DNA of 64,000 nucleotides from Klebsormidium nitens. Lineage: Eukaryota > Plantae > Klebsormidiophyceae. The translations under genes were made by a program, and so were the position numbers. The notes beneath the pieces were generated by a model that did no database searches, was not told the origin of the DNA, and saw only the letters and a program-made list of their open reading frames with translations. This document shows, piece after piece, positions 42,487 to 51,016 of this stretch. The DNA is taken from positions 1-64,000 of the forward strand of contig DF238763.1 in assembly GCA_000708835.1 (NCBI GenBank), in the 5' to 3' direction. The stretch's first letter is position 1. Every line of letters starts with the position of its first letter.

Positions 42487-43137
42487 AAATTTACGAATGT
42501 GCGTAGTGGAAAACTGCAATCTTTTAAACTCACTCCACTAAAGACTGAAGAATCAAATCAGTTCTTTTTTTTAAAGAGGTGCGAAGCCCTAAGCGCTACC
42601 CCAAAAAGCGCAGATCAAAAAAATCTCTTTTTGATCTGCGCTCAATCCGCTATGGGGAGTGGGGTTGAGGCCGAACGAAAAAGGGGGGGTGAAAGCCTTT
42701 CATTTTGCAATCAGTTGCTATAATTCAAAACATCAACGTGAGTTATAAAGCGGGAAAAGGAAAAAAAAAGGCACCCCAGTGAGGGGGAGCACCTCATTTC
42801 TTTGTTTTTTCTCCCTCTGTTCACACACATAATTCTTTTTTCTCTTGGGTCAATTGCGTCCCCTCTACTGAGGTTTATTCTTTTTTATTGAATTAAGAGG
42901 TTAGCGCTTCCAGCTCTACACATCGTATTGCCTCTAACATTGTTCTTTGCTCTTCTTTTCTCCGGTAAGTGACTTTGTTTCAACAAATCTCTTTTTTTCC
43001 TTTGTTCTACTCCCTACCGGGGGCGAAGATCCCTGTACGGGAGTGGAGTAACATCGTTAGTGAGGTTAGGTTAGCGCCCCCCTATTTCATTGCACCCCTG
43101 ACGGGGGAGTGATTGAATTCAAAAAAATCTCTTTTTT

Positions 43138-43215
43138 GATTTCATTCCACTCCCGGGGGGAGTGATTTCATTCCACTCCCGGGGGGAGTGATTTCATTCC
43201 ACTCCCGGGGGGAGT
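43138..43215. repeat. Tandem array, 3 x 26-nt unit GATTTCATTCCACTCCCGGGGGGAGT
   Basis: Direct reading; reverse complement of the 25295 unit. Confidence 0.92.
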
Positions 43216-43316
43216 GATTGAATTCAAAAAAATCTCTTTTTTTATTTCATTCGTGGCAATGGCGTGCCCCACTTTCTTCCACTCGCCTTAAAGGCGAGTG
43301 ACTTTGTTCTTTTTGG

Positions 43317-43397
43317 TACTCGCTACCGGACTTGAACCGATAACCCAGAAGGAGCAGATTTTGAATCTGCCGTGTTTACCAATTTCACCAAGCGAGT
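43317..43397 (-). tRNA. trnL: tRNA-Leu(CAA)
   Basis: Class II cloverleaf, anticodon arm GCAGA-TTCAAAA-TCTGC. Confidence 0.95.
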
Positions 43398-43398
43398 T

Positions 43399-43479
43399 TG
43401 CTCACTATCGGACTTGAACCGATAACCTAGAAGGAACAGATTTTAAGTCTGTCGTGTTTACCAATTTCACCAAGCGAGC
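43399..43479 (-). tRNA. trnL: tRNA-Leu(UAA)
   Basis: Class II cloverleaf, anticodon arm ACAGA-CTTAAAA-TCTGT. Confidence 0.95.
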
Positions 43480-44064
43480 AAATATTATTAAAAAGTCTAT
43501 TGTTATAAATTCTATTCTCTTGCTCCAAAAACTATAGAAACTATGTCTTTGTAAAACTTTTATTCAGTGCTTCGTACAAATAACATTTTGTACAGAATCA
43601 ATTGGTTTTTACCCACTAAAGGGTTGGTTTTGATTTGAAAATCGATAAAAGAAACACTTTTTTATTGAATTGACTCTGAATTTTTTTTCGTCGAATCAGT
43701 CTCTATTGAGATATAATTACAGTTTTAATATTTTGTGCAATATTGCGGGGAATAGAAAAAAACAATTCAAAACTTTGCTCTTTTTTTCTGTATTTATACA
43801 TGGAATTGGTTTTTTCTTTTGAATCGGTAATCCTTTTTCTACTCAGGTGCATTCCCAGGGCTATAGCTTAAAAAAACAATGCACTTCCCTATGTGCACGT
43901 TAGAAATAAACAGAGAGCAGGCATATTTGTTCAAACAAAAAAGATAAGAGCACAGCATAATTCTTTTAATGATTTTGAAACCAAATGTTTGATTGACTCA
44001 AAACGAACAAGTCTTTTTTAATCCTTTGATTCTAAAGGTTGTGGTAAGTTTTCTTTCGCTACAA

Positions 44065-44138
44065 TATGCTTGGAAAGATTCGAACTCTCAGCCCCCAAAT
44101 CCGAAGTTTGGTGCTCTATCCAATTGAGCTACAAGCAC
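44065..44138 (-). tRNA. trnR: tRNA-Arg(UCG)
   Basis: Cloverleaf with anticodon arm CCAAA-CTTCGGA-TTTGG. Confidence 0.93.
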
Positions 44139-44439
44139 AGACAATAGTGATTGTTGATTTGAGTGAAAAAAAAGAATGAATAGACAGATAGGCTATTAAT
44201 AAAAAAAAGAAAATCATTCTGTAAAAAGAAAAATGGATTTATAATAAAAAAAGTGTTTTTTCTCTTTGATCCGCTCGCTGCATAAAGTTGCTCTACGCTT
44301 TTTAATGCAGTCAATTTTGTATAAGAGATTGCTGGAAAGCCGTGATCCAACCAAAATTCTCACTAAGTAAAAGAGAGTTGAATAAGCATCGGATTTTAGT
44401 TTTATTCATTTTTTTTTCAACATATTTGTTATCAAATCC

Positions 44440-45430
44440 ATGAATTACAACACTATCGAATTGTGTGCAGGATCTGGGGGTATGAGTAGTGGTTTTATAA
44501 ATGCTGGATTTGTCCCTTTGTTGCTGAACGACAAAGACAAGACATGTTGTAACACCCTCCAAAAGAATTGTCCTAATATTCAAGTGATATGCGAGGATAT
44601 GTCAAAGATCGATTTATCTCAATATAAAAACCGTACCGATGTACTCGTGGCAGGTCTACCTTGCCAGAGTTTTTCAACTGCTGGAAAGAGAGGAGGGCTG
44701 GAGAGTTCTCCAGGGAATCTCGTATATGAGTTTATTCGGCTCGTGAAGGAGGTAAAGCCTCGTGTTTTTTTACTAGAAAATGTGAAAGGATTGCTCTCGA
44801 TTCAGAAGGGGCAAATATTTCAAATGCTTATTGAACTCCTAAGAGTCAACGACAAATACAATGTTTACCACAAGTTGTTGACTTCATTATGGAGTTCCTC
44901 AGAAGCGCGAAAGAATTTTTTTCGTCGGGGTTCGCAATGATATTCCCGAGCTCTATGAATTCCCGTTCCCACTGAATAGAACCACTCCCTTAAGAGATGT
45001 TTTACTGGGCTGTCCACCAAGCCCAGGCTATGAATACCCACAATGGAAGCGTGAGATTATGGATCAAATCCCAGAAGGTGGCTGTTGGATACACCTACCA
45101 CAAGAGATTCAGAAGTCTTACCTAGGTCGTTCTTACGGCGCAGGTGGGGGGCAGCGCGGGGTCGCCCGTAGATTGAGTATGGATGAGCCTTGTCTCACAC
45201 TGACGACAAGCCCGTGTCAAAAACGAACAGAGAGGTGTCATCCTCTTGAGACTAGACCTCTGAATGTTAGAGAATATGCACGAATTCAGACTTATCCCGA
45301 TGATTCCTTCTTTTCTGGATCTCTAGCAAGCCAGTATCGGCAGATAGGAAACAGTGTGCCTGTTAGCCTGGCCTATTATGTTGCATTATCCATTAAGAGA
45401 CTACTCAATGCTAATGCATGTGTGTCTTGA
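44440..45430 (+). pseudogene. dcm: DNA (cytosine-5)-methyltransferase of a Type II R-M system, with one frameshift near 44880-44888
   Basis: Motif I ELCAGSGG, IV LPCQSFS, VI ENVKGL; the shifted frame is open 44882-45430 and holds VIII YGVPQKRERIFFVG, the TRD, IX RPLNVREYARIQTYPD and X QYRQIGNSVP. Confidence 0.92.
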
Positions 45431-45907
45431 GATTCTCTTTTATCACTTGAATAATGCGTTTATAATTGGAATCGGGTGCAAAAATCAATCGTAAAAGAAG
45501 CGTGCCCGACATATATCTTATGCTTCTACTATTTTATCTTCTGCTTTCCCGTTCTGGGCATTTATCACACCATAGATCACTGTATAGTCTGTATGTTGAA
45601 TTGCAAAGGCCTTTCATTTTTGATAATTATGTTTTCTAGCCGATGAATTATCGGTGTTCAATGAGTTTTTTAGCTCTATAACAATCTTTCGCTCGTGATT
45701 GATCAAATCTAGGCCAGACGGATCGCCTTGTTTTCGATTTTGCCATCCTTCTGCACAACCTATAACTCCTTGCCATATCTCCCCAATGCGCATCTGAAGG
45801 TTTTTGACCTTATGACAAATCTGGTATTCACTCTCTGGAATGACTTCGTCCAGCAGTATATCTTTCGTTGAACGTGTTCTTATACGGCGACTCCAAATGC
45901 CTTGCAT
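45411..45907 (-). pseudogene. Type II restriction endonuclease remnant, Eco47II/Sau96I-like PD-(D/E)xK
   Basis: LQMRIGEIWQ...GW...GLDLIN...IVIELKNSLNTDNSS; in-frame TGA at 45616-45614, read-through KAFAIQHTDYTVIYGVIN, frameshift near 45522, then IRYMSGTLLLRLIF to TAG 45411; convergent 20-nt overlap with the MTase. Confidence 0.75.
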
Positions 45908-47083
45908 CAATTTTGAAATCTTTTCTTTAATCTTTTTAAAAAAATCTTCGCTTCTGTCAAACTGACGAGATCTGTTCTGGACTTTTTTTTTTCTATAGTT
46001 CGCTTTTGTTTACGCTTCTTTTTTTCCCATATCCTTAATAAAAAGATTTCATGGGAGCTTTGGTGAGGAGTCTGCTGCTCCCTTCTTCGTTCTTTGAGTC
46101 TTTGAGCTCTTAAAATTGTCGGGCTATTTCCTTTATAATTCATCTTTTGAATTCTTTTTTTATTGAAAAAACATCGATTTTCTGAATTTTTGTATTTCTT
46201 TCTGTAATGAGCCATAAACACATGTCTTGAATAGAGTACAAAAGACTGTACTTTTTTGCGAGAGTGACTCTGTGATATATTCTTATTCGAAAGAAAAAGT
46301 GAATGGATCTAATTCAAAAAGATTGCAGGAACAACGTCACTGCCCCAAAAGAGGAGTAGAACAATGTCACTGATCGAGTTGTTAACCCTGCTGGGCTGAG
46401 AAAAAAAGTCTTATTGAAACGTTAATAAGGTATGGTAGACGAACAATATTTTGAAGGAAAAGCACTCTTTCTCATTCGTACAAGCCTAGATTTCGCTTTT
46501 GAGTTTAAAACAATTCCAATTCATTCAAAGATTCTAGAATCTACACGTGTTGTGAAATCAATTCTATCTTGCTTGAGAAAAAAAACAATCGTTTATTGAT
46601 TCTTTTTTTGAATAAAAAGGATTTGAAAAACAAAGATTTTTGTAAAAGAGTAAAGCAAGTGCCCTCCATCTCATTTGACTCTCGGTTGAGAAGAAGTGAT
46701 TTGGAGTATTGTTTTCCACCGAAAAAAAATCAATTGATTTTTTATTGGATATATTTATTCAAAAAACCTTTGATTAAAAAGCATTCTTTTTATTCAAAGA
46801 ACGAGTAAAATGACTTATGGGGCTAGCGTTCTCTGCTCCGCTCCAATTCCCTTCGGGGAGAGGCTCTTCGCTCCCCCTCTTAAAGAAGATTGGAATGAAA
46901 TCAGGAGAATAAGAGAAGTTTGAGAAGTGAACGAAGCAGCGCACTTGCATCTTATTGCGATGAAAAAAAGAAAGATTGCTTCCTTTCAAATTGAATATGC
47001 TTTTTTCTCTTTAAAAATGATTGATTCATAAAGAAAAGCCATGCCGTTTGATTTCAAATCGAGCTAGCTCTCACTCAGTCAAT

Positions 47084-47157
47084 CGCGGGGTGGAGTAATT
47101 GGTTAGCTTGCCGGGCTCATGACCCGGAGTGTGTGGGTTCGAGTCCTACCCCCGCAC
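47084..47157 (+). tRNA. trnfM: Initiator tRNA-fMet(CAU)
   Basis: C1:A72 mismatch and GGG/CCC pairs at the base of the anticodon stem. Confidence 0.93.
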
Positions 47158-48504
47158 AATCGAATGCGAGCGTATTGAGAGCAAAGAATTTCGAATAAAA
47201 CGAGAGCAAAATTATTGCCTTTCTTTTTGAAATAAAAAGCCAATTTTCTCTATTCTTAAACAAATTCTGCATACAACTGTCAATGTATTGAATTGTATAA
47301 TATTCAATCCAAAAGCATTCTTTTTTTTGTTTACAAAATAATAAAGATCAACTTTTTATAACTATCAATTGAAATTTCATCGAATTCCAATAAATAGAAG
47401 ATGCTAATTGTTCCATCTGTTTGAATAAAATAAAAAGTCTTTTTATTATTCAAAACAAAATTTTTTTTTCTTTTTTCATTTTTTTAGAATAACGGCGTTA
47501 CGCAGTTAGGAGCAACAGCTGCATTCACGTAGCCACTCTCTCCCGAAAGGAAAGGAAGGAACCGCACTTTTCGAAAGTATAGGGGCAAAAATCCTCCCCC
47601 TAACGGGGAGTGAGATTTGTTGAATTTTTTTTCAATTCTTTTAGACCATTCAAAAACTTTGTTTTTGAATAGAAAAGAAAGAGCGAATTGTATCCAAAAA
47701 AATGAGTTTGATCCTGGCTCAGAATGAACGCTGGCGGTATGCCTAACACATGCAAGTCGGACGCTGTGCTCTTTTGCTTTATGCAATTGCATTCGGCGCA
47801 AAGAGGCACGGGGTGGCGAACGGGTGAGGAACGCGTGAGAATCTACCAAGCAGACGGGGTCAATCCCCCCTAGCCTTCTTGAATCGAGAAGAAAAAAGCT
47901 TCATTCGAAGCATGCTTGAATCTTGTTCCACTCCCTTTTGGGAGTGACTTTGTTCCAAGAGGAAGTTTACTTCGAACAGCGCTGCTTGATGAGCTTGCGT
48001 CGGATTAGGTAGTTGGTAAGGAAATGGCTTACCAAGCCAACGATCCGTAGCCGGCCTTTTCGGGTGATCGGCCACACTGGGACTGAGATACGGCCTAGAC
48101 TCCCACGGGAGGCAGCAGTGAGGAATCTTGGACAATGGGCGAAAGCCTGATCCAGCAATACCGAGTGGGTGAGACGAAGGCTAATTAGGTCGTAAAGCCC
48201 TTTCGTCGAGAAGAGACAATGACAAGACTCGAAAAAGAAGCCCCGTCTAACTCCGTGCCAGCAGACGCGGTAATACGGGGGGGGCTAGTGTTATTCAGAA
48301 TAATTGGGCGTAAAGGGTACGTAGGCGGTCAGATTGAGCTCAGACCTAAGCCATAGGCTTAACCTATGGACGGTCTTGCAGCTGTTCTGTCTTTGAGTTG
48401 GATAGGGAAGAGTGGAATTTCTAGTGGAGAGATTAAATTCATAGATATTAGAAGGAAGGCCGGCGGCGAAGGCAACTCTTTAGATCCAGACTGACGCTAA
48501 GGTA

Positions 48505-48539
<35 letters not shown>

Positions 48540-48777
48540 AGTAGTCCACGCCGTAAACGATGAGTGCTCGCCTTTGGTCTTTCGATCAGGGGCTTAGCAA
48601 ACGCGATAAGCACTCCGCCTGGGGAGTACGATGGCAACATTGAAACTCAAAGGAATTGGCGGGGGCCTGCACAAGCGGTGGAACATGTGGTTTAATTCGA
48701 AACAACGCGCAAAACCTTACCAGCCCTTGACATAGAGCACAGCGCCCTCTGAGAGGGGAGGCACTATACAATGCTTT

Positions 48778-48819
<42 letters not shown>

Positions 48820-48939
48820 CGGGTTAAGTCCTATAACGAGCGAAACCCTCGTCCCTAGTTGCAAAGTGCGGCTTGTTCATCAAGCTGTTCACAGAACTCT
48901 AGGGAGACTGCCGGCGATATGCCGGATGAAAGTGGGGAT

Positions 48940-50177
48940 AAAACAAAAGGCGCGAAAAGCAACTCCCACTAGGGAGGAAAGCGAAAAGCTCAAAAAAAGA
49001 GTTTTAGCCAGAGCAATCAACTCTTTTTTTGAGCAAGGCCACGCGCCCTTACTTGACATTGTCCCCGTGCATGGTAACATGCAAGAACAAAACTGGGTGA
49101 ATTGCAAAGACAACCTTCTACAGCTTTCTTATAGTTGCTGAGAAGGTCAATCTGCAGCGAAGCATACCGAACGGAAAAGGCCTTATGGTTCATTTGTGAA
49201 CCGTAGGCTTATAGGAGTAGGTTTGAACGTTCAACGACTAGAGAGTGAGGATATCCTACCAATAAACTCTCCACGAGCGCCCGGCAACTCTTACAAAAAA
49301 CAACATAGCAGAAACGGAAAGCTAAATGAGATCTTTTTTTCACCCTTCTTGTTCCTAATACGCCCCGCCATACATACAGTATACTCGCTTTCTTTTCATT
49401 CATAACGCATGATATACAAAACACCACCCTGGATCTTAGGTACATTATTAGGAGATGGTCATATAGACCCCTTTGGTCGCCTCTTTATTGAACATTCAAC
49501 CAAGCAAAAAGCATACTTCTTTCATAAATTTTTCAAGCTGCAGCATATGAAGGAATGAAATAAAAAAAAAGTTTTGCCTGCAAATTACAAAGGAATTGAT
49601 AGGACACAAATTCATAGGAAAACAAAGAAGGCATATACAACTTTTTGTGTACGATCACAGCGTGTGTTTCAAATTGAGCGAAAATCGTTTTATCCCGAAA
49701 AAGAAAAATGAATAAAATCAAAAAACACATTTTTTTGGATTCAATGGGGGGCGGTCGCCCCACTCATTCCTCTAGGCATTGAACAATGGCTCAATGAAGA
49801 GGCACTGGCGTTTTGGTATATGGATGATGGCGGTCGTAATAGTCAATATGGGGCTGGAATGGTTTTTGATCTTCTTTTTCAGAGAATGACCGCGCTACTT
49901 TAGCACAAGTATTGAACAATCGATTTGATCTTGCAACGAGTTTTCATAATAGGGCTGAAAAGAACGTAAAGCTTTATATCCGTACTAGTAGTGCACAAAG
50001 ATTTTGTGATCTTATTAGACCATTCGTTATTCCAGAAATGTTGTATAAGCTTACTAAACCACTTCCGGCAGGAGGTGACTCCGTTCCACCGACAACGTAA
50101 GAGTTGATGAAATAGTCTGACCTTTGGGGTAACCTAAAGAAATAAGAGATAAAGAGCTCTTAGAATAACAACAAATG
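48940..50177 (+). mobile_element. Group I intron in rns after E. coli-equivalent U1189
   Basis: Exon ends GGGGAT (U), intron ends in G, exon resumes GACGTCAAG; P7 pairing GACTA (49236-49240) with TAGTC (50113-50117); Q-like AATCTGCAGCGAAG. Confidence 0.9.
49409..50100 (+). pseudogene. Degenerate double-motif LAGLIDADG homing endonuclease
   Basis: Motifs GTLLGDG and ALAFWYMDDGG, tail LIRPFVIPEMLYKL; broken by stops, frameshifts and a repeat insertion near 49711-49765. Confidence 0.85.
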
Positions 50178-50313
50178 GACGTCAAGTCCTCATGGCCTTT
50201 ATGGGCTGGGCTACACACGTGTTACAATGGCAAGCACAGAGGGAAGCAATGCCGCAAGGCGGAGCGAATCCTTAAATCTTGTCCCAGTCCGGATTGCTCG
50301 CTGCAACTCGCGA

Positions 50314-50350
<37 letters not shown>

Positions 50351-50636
50351 CGCCGCGGTGAATATGTAACCGGGCCTTGCACACACCGCCTGTCACATCC
50401 TGGGAATTGGTTGTGTCTGAATAAGGTTCAAACGTCATTGATTGATAAGGCTTGCAATGCTCTTGCTGAGCAAGGCTTGCACGCAAAGGCGGCTAGATCT
50501 TACACGGCACGGTCAGTAACTGAGATGAAGTCATAACAAGGTGGCCGTAGGGGAACCTGCGGCCGGAATGACCCTAAGATGTTTATGGTTCAAAAAAAGA
50601 AAGATCCGTTGCGACGTAAGAGTACACTCTTCAAAA

Positions 50637-50755
50637 CAAAGGGGCGATACAATAGAATAGGCAAACACCCGATCCCATACCGAACTCGAATTGTGAAACG
50701 ATTCTATGCCTTATGTACTGATTTTTATCTTTCGGGAGACGAGGTCCCCCTTTGT
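50637..50755 (+). rRNA. rrn5: 5S rRNA (ends approximate)
   Basis: Loop C motif CCCGATCCCATACCGAAC, terminal helix AAAGGGG/CCCCTTT; lies directly after rns. Confidence 0.85.
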
Positions 50756-50808
50756 TTTGAAGAGTAGAGCAAGCATATGCTCAGCACAAAGATTCGGCTC
50801 AGTTCGTT

Positions 50809-50881
50809 GGCGGAATAGTTTAGTTGGTTAGAACAGCGGAATCATAATCCGCATGCAGGGGTTCAAATCCCTTTTCCGCTA
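50809..50881 (+). tRNA. trnM: Elongator tRNA-Met(CAU)
   Basis: Anticodon arm GCGGA-ATCATAA-TCCGC; lacks initiator features. Confidence 0.88.
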
Positions 50882-51016
50882 TTCTTTCTATCTATTCTCG
50901 CATTTTCAGCTGAACTGGATCAAAATCCCATAAACGACCCATTTTTATTCAAACTTTTTTTTTGAACACAGTGGGAGGACAAAAAGAAAAATCGGAGTGT
51001 ATTGCGTCAGCTGTGC

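Larger units (their letters stand above)
47696..50577 (+). rRNA. rns: Small subunit rRNA; exons about 47696-48939 and 50178-50577 (ends approximate)
   Basis: AGAGTTTGATCCTGGCTCAG-like 5' motif, GTGCCAGCAG, ATTAGATACCC, helix 44/45 motifs. Confidence 0.97.

Noticed and set aside
45907-46221. 104-aa Lys/Arg-rich ORF upstream of the nuclease, considered as a controller (C) protein
   Set aside because: Low-complexity AT-rich translation with no helix-turn-helix pattern
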